From: Reclinomonas americana ATCC 50394
Lineage: Eukaryota
Assembly (NCBI GenBank): GCA_048213135.1
Contig: PS015054.1
Coordinates: forward strand, 133,812-197,811
Direction of reading: 5' to 3'
Length of the DNA: 64,000 nt
The position numbers and the translations under genes are program-made. This document shows, one piece after another, positions 1-11,463 of this stretch. The notes under the pieces are model-generated. The model did no database searches, was not told where the DNA came from, and saw only the letters and a program-made list of their open reading frames with translations. How positions within the stretch are numbered: the stretch's first letter is position 1; each line of letters opens with the position of its first letter.

Positions 1-5
1 CGGCC

Positions 6-83
6 GCGACGACGCGTTCGTCGCTAGTCGACTAGTGGTCGGCGGACGACGACGACGACGACGACGACTAGTCGACTAGTCGT
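6..83. repeat. Palindrome/hairpin cluster with a (GAC)n tract
   Basis: Inverted repeat GCGACGA..TCGTCGC at 6-24, perfect palindrome CTAGTCGACTAG at 24-35, (GAC)n at about 46-68, and perfect 20-bp palindrome ACGACTAGTCGACTAGTCGT at 64-83. Confidence 0.8.
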
Positions 84-109
84 ACTGTCGTCTCGTTGGT
101 TGGTTGGTC

Positions 110-110
<1 letters not shown>

Positions 111-152
<42 letters not shown>
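111..152. repeat. (TC)n microsatellite
   Basis: Uninterrupted TC dinucleotide run. Similar (TC)n, (TG)n and (CAA)n tracts occur in many introns and UTRs of the window. Confidence 0.95.
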
Positions 153-154
<2 letters not shown>

Positions 155-234
155 CTCTCGCTTTCCCTCCCTCTCTTTCTCTGTCTCTTTTCTTCTGTGT
201 TTCGCGTGTGCTGAGAAGCCGTGTGTGCACACAG

Positions 235-2779
235 TGACGACGATGACGAGGCTGGCTTGTCGACATTTGGTGAGAAGACCGTGGAGATCAACAAGTTTCG
301 CGCGCGCATTCTTGTTGGCCTCGTTGTTGTTTTCCGGTGATTGACTCTGCGCAGGCGTCTGAGTCGACTCTACAAGACACTGGCTGTGCCGGGGTTCCTG
401 AACCCACCGGCGTCATCCAGGTGCATTTTGTTGCAGTCGCATGCAGAGGCGCTCCGTGGGGCGTGACCTCACCCTCCGTTCATTGTGCAGAAAGCGCGTC
501 CCGCCGCCGAAGCTCGACAATGACGACGAGGCATCGTCGTCGCCACCGCGCAAACGTGCGGCGCGGCGTGCTAACAGTGGCGGCGCGGAAGGGTTGGCGA
601 ATGGCGACAGTGGTGACGCAGTGACACACATGGACGAGGATGGACCCAAGCAGCGTGCACGAAGGCGGCACTCGACCACTATATCCTACAAGGAGGAGAG
701 TGAGGAGGAGGAGGAGGAAATGATGGAGGACAGCAGTGAGGAGGAGGAGGAGGAAGAGGTGGAAGAAGACGAGGATGGGGACGAGGAGGAGGAAGAGGAA
801 GATGAGGAGGAGGAAGACGATGCCACCGCCACCACCACCACCACAACTGCGACAACGACCACTACCACAGCGGATGCGCCGGCGGCGGCAGCAGCCGATG
901 GAGCCACTCCCAATTGTCACACGCCGGCAAATGGACAGCCTGTGAATGCGGCGAAGAGGAGGAGGCGCAGGAAGCCAAAGACGTTGCGCTGATTGATGTC
1001 ACTCTCACCCGCCGCCGCCTACGTTTTTGGCTTACCTTTTGTGTGCGCAGCGCGGCGGTGGTGGTGTGCACGAAACAGTACGAGATCGAGGGCATCTACG
1101 CGCCTCGCCCCGGCACCGTCCGTCGTGGTCGACCGCTGGTTGTCACAGCTGCTGAATTGGTGGCGAGTGGCGAAGGCCTGCCGACGCCCATCCATCTCGG
1201 CGCCAAGTTGTTGGAGACCACCGTGGATTTCCGCTTGCCTTTCGACTACTGGGCCGAGTTGTGCAACGATTTGAGTGAGGAGGCGGTGCGCAAGAGCCGG
1301 AAGAGTGATGTGGGCCCGTCGCCGTACCAGAAGGTCAGCATCAACGACTACACTTCACGACCGAAGCGCAAGATGGCTGTTGAGGATTGGCCAGTGTGCG
1401 ACTGCGAACCGAGCAGCGGATGCGACGAGGACTGCATCAATCGACGTCTGTGTGTCGAGTGCCACCCCAAGACGTGTCCGTGTGGCGACAAGTGCACCAA
1501 TTCGCACTTCCGCAAGCGCGATTGGGCCAAGCTGGCCATTTGCAAGGTGCTGTGCAATTCTGCCCTCCGCTTCCCATGTTTTGCACTCACACGTCGACGC
1601 AGACGGAACACAAGGGCTGGGGTCTGTTTGCCAAGCAGGACATTCCGGCCGGCCAGTTCATCATCGAATACACGGGCGAAGTGATCTCGATGGACGAGTG
1701 GAAGGATCGCCTGCAAAAGTACCAGAACGAGCGCCACTGCTACTTCCTCAACATCAACAACAGCGAGGTCATTGACGCATCGCGCAAGGGCAATCTCGGC
1801 CGCTTCCTCAATCACTCGTGCGACCCCAATGCCGAGACCCAGAAGTGGGAGCTCGGTGCGGAGAGTCACATTGGCGTGTTTGCTCTCAGCGACATCAAGA
1901 GTGGCGACGAAATCTGCATCGACTACAACTTTGATCGAGTGGGCGAGAAGAAGCAGCAGTGCTTCTGCGGAACAGCCAAGTGTCGCAAGTTCATTGGACC
2001 GAGAGACGAGGCCGCACCGTTGCGTCTCTCCCCCACCTGCAGATGTGACGTGTGTTGTAGCCGAAAAAAACTGCTGGTGTGCACAGTGGCAAGGCAGGAA
2101 CAACCAAGAAAGTGCAGCGACGACGAAGTGCCGACGGCGAGGGTGCAACAGCGGCTGCATACGCGCAAGTGAGGCAGAAGCGCGCCTTGGCGAATCAAAT
2201 CAGTCAGGAGACGGAGCAGCGAGTGGCGGTGTGTGCGACCCAGCCGGCTGACTTGATGCCATGAGCAAACAACTGAATTTTTTTCTCGTCTCTTGCTTGC
2301 AGTACGCCTTGTCGACGAATGTCAAGGCTGCGGCTCTGCGGCAAAAGTACCCGGCACAGCCTGTGGAGGAGCGCCCGCCAGCGGCACCGGCGGCGCCTGC
2401 GGCAGTTGTGAGCTTCGGCAAGAAGCTGGTGCAGGAGATGACCCAATTGGGAATCAACCAGCGTGTGAAGTCCAAGTTGCAGGTGGCGCCGTCACCTGCT
2501 GGCGGCCGTGCTGCTGCTCGCGTTCGACCACGAGCTCCGTTTTTGGTGCGCAATCTGGCGAGCGTGGCAAGCAGTCGACAGCGCGTCATTGGAGAGGTGT
2601 TGGAGAGGAAGCGACAAGAAGAGGAGGATCGGCGCCTTCGTGCCGAATTCGATCCCGAGCTCATGGATCCACTGCTGCGCAAGCAGCTGGAGCGGCTGGA
2701 GCGCCAATGGACTGCCGCCGCCGCCACCGGCAAGAATGGTGGCAGTGGTAGCAGGGGCAGGTGGCGCGGTGGAAACTGA
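235..2779 (+). CDS. ASH1L: ASH1L-like histone H3K36 methyltransferase (AWS-SET-postSET), about 7 exons; true start uncertain and possibly upstream of the window
   Basis: The spliced frame contains the pre-AWS segment PIHLGAKLLETTVDFRLPFDYW, the AWS domain CDEDCINRRLCVECHPKTCPCGDKCTN, the SET motifs KGWGLFA, IDASRKGNLGRFLNHSCDPN and EICIDYNF, and post-SET CFCGTAKCRKFIG. GT-AG introns keep the frame. TGA at 2777-2779. Confidence 0.85.
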
Positions 2780-2863
2780 CGGCTGCACGCCTCGCCGTGC
2801 ATCAATCCAATCAACAACAACAACAACAATACAACCTACACACACAATTACACCCTGTATTTT

Positions 2864-4938
2864 TTACTCGAACAGTCCCTCCTCTGCGTCGCCATCTGCA
2901 GCTTCTCCTTCTGCCGCGGCCTCTTGTGGCTCCTCCTGAGCTTGGTGATCACCCTCAACATCCGCATCACCGCCCGTCGGTGCCTCTGCCGGTGCCTCAG
3001 CCGCAGCCGCACCCTCACCCTCCGCTTCTGCTTCTGCCTCGGGTTCGTGTTCGGGAATCGTCTGGTCGAGAGCTGCATGCCGATCGCGCAGTGAGAAGTG
3101 TGAAGTAACGGTGACAACACGCCTCATTTCGCAACTGTGTTCCATGCTGTCTTCCACTATCGTGTGCTGGCCTGATGCTTCGCCACCGCCATCCGCCGCT
3201 GCAATCTCCTCCTCCTCCTCTCCCTCGTGTGTTCCAGCGACGGTGGTGGCAGCCAACTCCTCTCCATCGCCCTCGTCCTCTCGTGCAGATGCCAGCTGTG
3301 CCTCTTGATGTTGCTGCTGCTCGTGCTGTGGCGGCGATGGTGGTGCTGGCGCCTCATGCTCACTGGCGTGCGACTCGTGACGTTGCTCCGAGTGCTGCTG
3401 GTGAGAGTGGCCACCATGATGAGGATGATGATGATGATCACCAACAACCGCCGCTGCCGTCTGGTGGGAAGACGATCCGCGGCCATCATCGTCCACAGTG
3501 TCGAGTGGCTCGGCCTCGAAATCGTCCGGTAGCGCCTCCAGCAGGCCGCCCTGATCGTGTCGTCGCGACTCGTCGGCCACGATCGCCGATTCGAGTCGGT
3601 AATCGTCGCCCATCAACTCCCGAATGGAGGCCGCCACCTGCTTCGTGGTCTCGTCCATGGCCCCGTACGAGGTCACGTACACATCGTAGGCGCGTTGCAA
3701 AAAGTGCACGGCATTGTTTGTGTCATTGATGAAAGCGTACATGAGCCCTGGATGATGATGTGAGTATGAGGAATGACTGTGTGGACAGGCACGCATACAC
3801 ACGTACACGCACCAAGAATGCGGTACACCTTGACGGTGCGCAGATCGTGATCACCAAATTCGTCCTCACGCGCATGGCACACACCATGCAACAAGTCAAT
3901 GCAGAAGGCCGGCTCCTGCCCCTGGAACATTTCCACTGCGCATCATCATCGTACGCGTCAGCCACTGGCCTGGAACGCACAATACAACAACAACAACGGC
4001 GTTCCCTCTCGAGCTCACCCTTGTCCTCCAGCTGACCACCGACGAGCACAGACAAGTAAATGTCGAGTACGCGCTCAAACAGTGCGTGTGCCTCCGACAT
4101 GCGCTGCGCGTGCACAAACGCCTGCCCCAAGTGATAATACTGCACGGCAGTCGACGAGTCCAGCGGTCCCTTCAGCAACGACTGGTAGTAAATGGCTTGC
4201 GACAGCTCATAAAACGCCTTCTCCAGTCGATTCAGTTGCACAAAGAGGAGACCGTAGCCCGTGTGCAGCTCCACACGAATGTGCTCCAGCTTCCCTCCGA
4301 GTTTCAACAGACCCCAGTTGGCCAGCGAGAAGAACTCTTCGGCTTTCTGCAGGCGACCCAGGTCTGCGAAAACGCGTGTGAGATTGCGCGCATGTCCGCA
4401 CAAGAGAGAGTGAGAGACGCACGATAAAAGCAGCGTGCCAGCAGCATCTGCGATCGGATCAGCTCCTCACAGTTGGATGTGAAGAGCTTTTGCGTGAACT
4501 GCAACGTGCGTGTCGCTCCATCCAACGCCACATCGAACTCGCCCACCGTCAGCAGTCGACTGACTTCGGCCTGCGGAGGAAGAACGCAGTAAGAGAGATG
4601 CACGGGCAGAGAAGAGAGACACAAAAGTGATCGCACCTGTGACAACTCAATGATCGCATGCAACCCAAGCTCCGCATTACGCCGCACTCGTCCACGCTCA
4701 ACATCGCTGATGATCTCCGCCAGCGGCGCTGACAGTGTCGCATGCAGCTCATCAAACTTGGCCGCAAGCACGTTCCAATCCACAGACTGTGCGTGTGTCA
4801 CAAAGAGAATGAGAGACTGTGCCCTCTTTTCCGCGCTTGCTCGCTCACTCGCTCGCATGCGCCGAGTCTCACCTGAATGGGCGCATACCCCGAGGAGTCG
4901 TCCAGAGTGCCACTGCGATTGTCGAGCGTCGTCGTCAT
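2864..4938 (-). CDS. ZMYND12: ZMYND12-like TPR-fold ciliary protein with an acidic tail; no MYND finger visible; 6 exons
   Basis: LGRLQKAEEFFSLANWGLLK...LHTGYGLLFVQLNRLEKAFYELSQAIYYQS...YYHLGQAF matches the helical region of ZMYND12 from recall. Five GT-AG introns keep the frame. Confidence 0.7.
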
Positions 4939-5049
4939 TTCGCGATATGAAACAACGGCAGTGGACAGTGCAATGCGAGACAGTCCACTCGCGCGCCATT
5001 GACTGTCCACACCCTACGAAGTCAAGCAGAGGTGCTTACACTGCGGCAC

Positions 5050-8000
5050 ATGGCTCAGAGGTGCGCTCCTCTCTCTCCCTCTCTCCCTCTCTCCCTCTCT
5101 CCCTCTCTCCATCATACACTCACTCTTTGCAATTTGTGCACTCAGTGGCCTGTCATCGCTGCGGCTGCTGCAAAGTGCGCTCTTTGTGTGCGTGACAGCG
5201 GGATGGCCACTGCTGCTGGACGTGGGCGACATTGAGAATTTGGAGACGGAGGATGCCGATGTGGAGAATTTGGTGTACGAGGTGCATTCATACACCCTCT
5301 CTGCTCTCTTCTTTCCTTCTCTCATTCTCACACTCTTTCTGCTTCCTGGCAGGCTGTGCGACAGTTCAGTGGCTCGCTGTGCCACCTGGCATGCCTCGAT
5401 GGTGACATGTCGGTGGAGGACGTGTATCAGTTTGTCTCCGAGGCCATTTCGAAGAAACGCAAACCGCACTTCCTGTCGTCGTACACGCGTGCGAGTGGCA
5501 CTCCTCGCCCAGGTCTGTGTGTGTCTCACGCGTACCGTGTGCTTGTGTCTCTCATATTCGCCAGCAGCCAGTGCCACGGCAACAAGCGCGACAACGACGA
5601 CGACATTGCCTGCGCCGCCGTCCAATCCGCTGCCGGTGACACCGCCACCGCCACCGACGCCACCAGTTCCGCCAGGTGGCATGAATGAGCAGCGGGCTCG
5701 GTCTGCGGCTGTGGCCGCGGCAGCAGCGGCGTCGTTGTCACCCAGACGGCGCGGCAGTGTCACCGTGACCATGTCACCACCGGTGTCGGCGCGACAGCGA
5801 TCTGCACCGGCGCCTCCATTGCCTCTGCCCGAGTCGCCGGCAGCCACCGGAGCTCCCAACTTTCCGCGCTCGCCGTCGCAGGAGCTGGCACTGACCTCTC
5901 GCTTGTTGCAGTTGCACAGTTGCGTGGGTCGACTCTGTGGTCTATCACGGCTGAGTTGCTGACAGTCTGTGCAGACGAAGGCCTTCTTGATTCACCATTG
6001 GCGACGCGGCATGTCTCGTCAGGGGAGTTTGGAGGCGGCGGTGGAGGCGAGGCCAGCGAGCGGCGCAGTGGACGCGTGTCGTTTGCGCACGGTGCGGCCT
6101 CGACTGGTGTTGCCAGCAGCCGCATGCTGCAGAGCGTGGCAACGCCGGTGCCTGTTGTCATCAGTCAGCCGTTTGTGGAGCGACCGATGCGCGCACTGCT
6201 TGCCACGCAGCCGGCCGGTCGGCAGCCAAGTGTGGTAGTTACATTTGATAATGATGATAAGTGTGTGTGCATCATCGACACTCACTTACTCTCCTTCTTG
6301 ACAGCATGGAGCGACGGGAACTGGTTCGCAACGCAGTGCATCCGGGCGCTCCAGTCGTGTGGATTCACCTCGTGGTTAGTCTACAGCAGCTGCTACGCAT
6401 TTCTTTTCTGTCCTGCTCACTCTCTACTCTTCGCTCCTTCGCAGTCGCTGTGCACGGTCGCGTGTGGTCGCGCGATCCACCACGCATCGCCGGCGCCCGA
6501 CGGGATTCTTCAGTAACTGCGGCAGCGCCAGCAGCAGCAGGAGGAGCAGTGGACGTGGAGAGTCTGTTGGTGTGTACGCGATGGTTGTGTGCTGTCCACC
6601 AACAAGCGGCGGATGTGCTCATGGCAGTGCTGTTGTTGTTCTTTATGCAGAGGATCGGACCATCGCGAACCGTGCGTCACTCGGTGCTCCCTCCCTCATC
6701 GACTTCACACTTGATTCTCACAACTACGTGCACACAGACCGTCTCCATCCCGTTCGTGGGACAGCCAACGGTCGGCGGTGCGGCATCGCGCGGACAGCAG
6801 TATTCGCTGCCGGACGACTGGGCCGATGTGCGCTCCGCTGTGCATGAAAGCCGTCGTGTCGTGGATGCCGAGAATGCTTCCTCTGTGGAATCTGGTTCGC
6901 GTTTCCTTCCTTCCTTCCTGTACTCTCGTGATCGCCATCGTTGCTATTGCTCACTGCTGACATTGATGCAGTGCAAAGCGCCGAAGACCGCGATGCCATG
7001 TGCGGTGGCATGTTCAACCATGGTGTGCTACGTGGTGCCAGTGCCGATACGCGCTCGTCGCGTACTGTACAGACATCAGCTGCCGCGGGCTCCGCTTCCA
7101 TTCGCCAGTCGATTCGACAGGGACCCGTGCCGAATCGGCACCTGATGGATCCGGTGGAGCAGGTCAGCATCCGCATGCCGTCGGAGAGCCATCGTTGCGT
7201 GCCACACAATGTCATGGGCTTGAAATGACAGCACACCTCTCAATTTTTCTCCTCTTCTACGCAACAGGGAGCCAGTACTACCGAGGCATGAGTGCAGCAG
7301 CTGCTAGTGTGCTCCACGAGGAGAATGTCGAGCCGGGTCCGGGCGACTGGCAGATTGTTGTCATTGTGCTGGCCAACATTGATCGAGCTAATCTGCGCAC
7401 ACAAGATGGGCTGCTGGAGGTGGGGATGTGCATTCGTCGTCCTCCACTCTTGTTGATGCTGTTCGTGATGCCGACTCTTCCATGCGTGGCAGATGTTGGA
7501 GACTCGCCGAATCGTGTTGCCGGGTGGTCGATTGGTGGAGATTCCGCGCTACGTTGCTTTCGTGGCCACTGCGGGCGCCCAGGCATCGACATGTGTGGAC
7601 ATTAATTTGGTGCGCTTGTTGTGCTTGCCTGCGTTTGCTGCTGCTCGTCGTGTCTGACGCTGCTGCTGCTGCGCGCAGATGGCGCGCTTCACTATGAGTG
7701 TGCCGGTGTCGGATGACCTGTTGCACTTGCCGTCGATTCAGGGTTTCAGTATCGAGGTTACGTTGGGTCGCGTCTTTTCCATGTTGGGGTTTCTCTCTGT
7801 GCTCAGTTGTGGAGTGTGCAGGAATTCGAGGAGCTGCGACAACGCGCCCGCTACGTCGACGTGACACTCGACACGAGCCAGTACATGCGCGATGTGATTT
7901 CGGCCGTACGAAGCGACTTTCGCATCGTGCGTTCGTTCTCGCCGGGTACCTTGCGCCACCTGGAACGCGTAGCACGGTTCGTGCATGATCGGGTTGCTGT

Positions 8001-8383
8001 CTCATTTCATTCGTGTGGTCCTCACAACCGGAAACAACACAGGTACTTGGCAGCCATCGAGTACAGCCCACGGCAGCAGACAGCCAAGATGGTCATCAGC
8101 TTGACGCCGAACCACATCCGACTCGCCGCGCCGTTGGTACTCGCCCACCGCATTCGCCTGGAAGACCGCCGAGCTGCCGGCACTGGTCGTGCACGCGGCA
8201 GCAGTGCGTTTGGAACGCAGACCAAGTTTTCGCGTGGCAACACCACCTCATACGCCAGGTATGTTGTGACACCCGCATACGTGTGTTCCCGCCTGTGCCA
8301 TCTCACGCCATGCGGTCTGCAGTCTGCGCGAGAACCGCTGGCTGGTGGCGAAGCATGTGATGGGCATCCCGCCGCCCATCTGA
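5050..8383 (+). CDS. Degenerate MoxR/ChlI-type AAA+ protein with a C-terminal AAA lid (fungal Mtc2-like) and a long low-complexity insert; about 16 exons
   Basis: VIVLANIDRANLRTQDGLLEMLETRRIV...VAFVAT resembles the MoxR pattern LLADEINRA.PKTQSALLEAMEE...F.VLAT. The lid segment YMRDVISAVRSD...FSPGTL...LTPNHIRLAAPLVLAHRIRL is present. Middle exons are uncertain. Confidence 0.6.
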
Positions 8384-8392
8384 GGAGGAGAC

Positions 8393-9954
8393 TCACGCAG
8401 GGTGGCGGAACTCTGTCCACAGTTCCCACAACTCGAGTTCCGGAACGCGGTCGTAGTGGAACATGACGGGCACAGTGCGGAATACTGGGACCCGTCGCCC
8501 CAGCAGCACGATTCGTGTGTGCGGTGGCACCACTGCGTCGTCCATGACCGCATCATCGTCCTCCTGTACGACTGGAGCTGGCGATTCGCCGTCGTCGTAC
8601 TCATCCAGTTGCACAAAGTGTGACTGTGGTGACCGACACGAAGTGAGAAACAATCATTGCAATGAAAACGTGGTATCTCACCAGAAAGTGGGAGTGCGAG
8701 CGACTGGTGGCCGCACAGTCGAGCAGCGTGAAATTAACGCGTTTCTCCAGCGACACGAAGAGCACGCGAGATGGTCGCTCCCACAGCATGCGTCGCACGG
8801 CATCGAAGAATTGGTTGGTGAGGACGTCCTCGTACACCACTGTTGATGGGCGGAAGGAGTCAGCTCTGCAACAGAGGATTCTCATTGCAGCACATACCGT
8901 CGGCCGCAAACAGTACGTCCACTTGCTGCCACTCCTCCACATCGCTCTCTGTCCATCCGTACGGGCCGACTTGCTCTGCGAGAGCAACACCGACTGGTGA
9001 GGTGAAATGAATGCGTGATTGTGAGAAACAGAAGCAGCGACAACCAACCTGGGGTGGGAAAACTGTCGTGCGACCAGTCGAGGAGTCGCGGAAGCAAGCA
9101 GCGCTTCACGGAACCGTCTCCAGCGGCCGCATCGTTGAGCTCAATGTTCAACGCCGCCACATGCATGATGTTCTCGGTGTAGTCTGCACTCCCCGCATGG
9201 TTCAGCCACGCCACACAGAGGACAGAAGCAGTGGAGACACACACCAGTGACAAACACGCGGCTGGCGCCACTGTGCGCCAGTGCCACCGAAACCATGCCT
9301 GTTCCGGCACCAAGCTCACAGCAGCGTGCTCCACTGAATCGTTTGGCATTATACAGCACAAACGACGACAACAGCAGCGCGCCGCGCCACACCTGCAAGC
9401 CGACATTGTCGAGCGTGGTCAACATCGAGTGCGCCACAGTGATGACACCTGGGGGGTGTCAGAGACCGACCGACAAGTGGTGAGCAGAGGCAGCAGAGCA
9501 GCGACGAAACCTCGCGTGGTCAGGCCATCGTCGCGCGGAATCACCAGATCACCATCGTCGTCGACCTCTGCACAAACACACACACATGCACATGAGGTGC
9601 GGGGATGAGCAAAGCATACACAAACACGCTCACCAGCAGCAGACAAGTCCGCCAACGCGACTCTGCCTGGCTGCGTCTCATCGACGAACGCGTACTCGAA
9701 GCGAGACACATGCAGCTCATCGCCATCAAGCGTCCCTGAGAGAGAGACACACGCACACGAACACACAGAAACGCAGAGTGTAAGGCACTGCAAGAAGGAA
9801 CACACGCACACATTATACCTTGCATCCACCGCGTGCCCTCTGCCTCGTCGGCATACTCATTCAGCGTGGGTGGAGGGCGACTGCTGATGTGCACCTCCGA
9901 AAGAAAGCGATCCGCAGTGGACAACGACGATGACGACGACGCAGAAGAGGCCAT
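8393..9954 (-). CDS. METTL22: METTL22-like protein-lysine methyltransferase (Methyltransf_16), 8 exons
   Basis: Motifs FLSEVH, DDDGDL, HSMLTTLDNVGLQVWRGALLL, ELGAGTG, LFAADVVY and VSLEKRVNFTL. Confidence 0.85.
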
Positions 9955-10000
9955 GTGAGATGAGTTGTCCTCATCGTCCTCCGACCACCTTTGTTCAAAG

Positions 10001-11430
10001 ATGGCTGGGCGACGAGGACGCGACGACCCTCTCTCCTCATCAACAACCACGGGCGCGTACTCTGCGCACCTCTCTGATCACATTCGCGATGCGTACCGCG
10101 AACGCCCAGCTGCGCGCGCGCCACCTCCTCCTCCACCCGTGGACAAGCAAGCCAAGTAGTTGCGCGCGACTCACACACACTCCCTCCCTCTCTGTGAGGC
10201 CATGAAGTGGTGTTGACTTGTGCACAGTTACGATGGTCCCGTGCACATGAATGCGTGGCAGCGACATCAGCAGATGATGAGTGATTACATGACTTACTAT
10301 GGAGGAGCGCGGCATGCGGCGGCACTGGCGTTGCGGGCGCCTCCGGTGGCCCCGAGCAAGACAGACGCCGATGTGCTGCGTGCAGAGTACAGATTCATCC
10401 GGACCGAGGCCGACAATGATGATGCGCGCTGGGAGAAGCGACTGGCCAAAAAGTACTACGATCGCCTCTTCAAGGAGTACTGCATCGCCGATCTGTCACG
10501 CTACAAGGAGGGGAAAGTGCGTGTGTGTTTGTGCGCACATGCAGCAAGCGAGTGAGTCTCTCGCTCTCAGTCTGACTCTCTCTGAGCATGCACTCGCAGA
10601 TCGGTCTCCGGTGGCGCACCGAAGAAGAGGTGGTCGCCGGCATCGGGCAGTTCTCGTGTGCCAACAAAAAGTGTCATGCGCGCGACGACTTGCACACTTT
10701 CGAGGTCCCATTCGCGTACCAGGAGGCGGGCGAACGCAAGTCGGCGCTGGTCAAGTGTCGTCTGTGCCCCGAGTGCAGCTTCAAGCTCAACTACCAGTCG
10801 CTGCGGCGAAAGAGGCGCGAGGCCAAGCAGCTGCGCCGGAAGACGCGAAAAGAGCGCCGGCGGAGACGACGACGGGGCGAGGAGGAAGTGCCCGACAAGA
10901 AGGAGGAAGAGGAGGAGGAGGAGGAGGTGACGCTGAGAAAGCGCAGGAAATTGGCTTCGGGTGAGAGTGCCAAGGGCGAGGAGGAGGCCGACGCGGCAGC
11001 AGCAGCCGAAGTGGAGGAGCAATCGGAGAAGAGAACCCGTCGCGCTCGCAGCGTGGACAGCAGCAGTAGCAGCGCCAGCAGTGGCGACGAGGACGAGGAT
11101 GAGGACGCTGGGCGGGGTAGGGATGCGGAGGAGCCGAGTCTGAAGAAGGAGTGGAAGAAGCAGTTGGACGAGGTGCGACGCAAGGAGGAGGTTGTGCGAC
11201 GGCAGAAAGGTTTGATGGTGTTGCGCTGCAGCTGCTGCTGTCTCTCGCTCTCCACTTCTCACCTCGCACGTCGACAGAGGAGGCCAGCGAAAAATGGAGT
11301 CGACCACCCGATATCGAGAAGGCCAAGGAGGAAGAGTGGGAGGCAAGTTTGTTTGTTTGTTTTCGCGTGGCCTTATCATCACCTCACATGGTCTCTGTCG
11401 CAGGATTACTTCTCGAGCATGTTTCCATGA
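10001..11430 (+). CDS. FRA10AC1: FRA10AC1 spliceosomal protein, 5 exons
   Basis: KTDADVLRAEYRFIR...WEKRLAKKYYDRLFKEYCIADLSRYKEGKIGLRWRTEEEVVAGIGQFSCANKKC...ALVKCRLCPECSFKLNY, with C-terminal EEEWEDYFSSMFP. Confidence 0.92.
11343..11403 (+). other. GC-AG intron (last intron of FRA10AC1)
   Basis: GAG|GCAAGT...TCGCAG|GAT. Of the donors checked, only this one gives the family-like C-terminus EEEWE-DYFSSMFP*. Confidence 0.7.
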
Positions 11431-11463
11431 ACAAAACAAGTGCATTATCATTTTCTCAATTCA

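Noticed and set aside
2011-2060. Apparent GC-AG or frameshifting intron after the post-SET domain
   Set aside because: A GT-AG intron from 2019 to the CACAG at about 2086 restores the frame (EAAP-GKAGTTKK).
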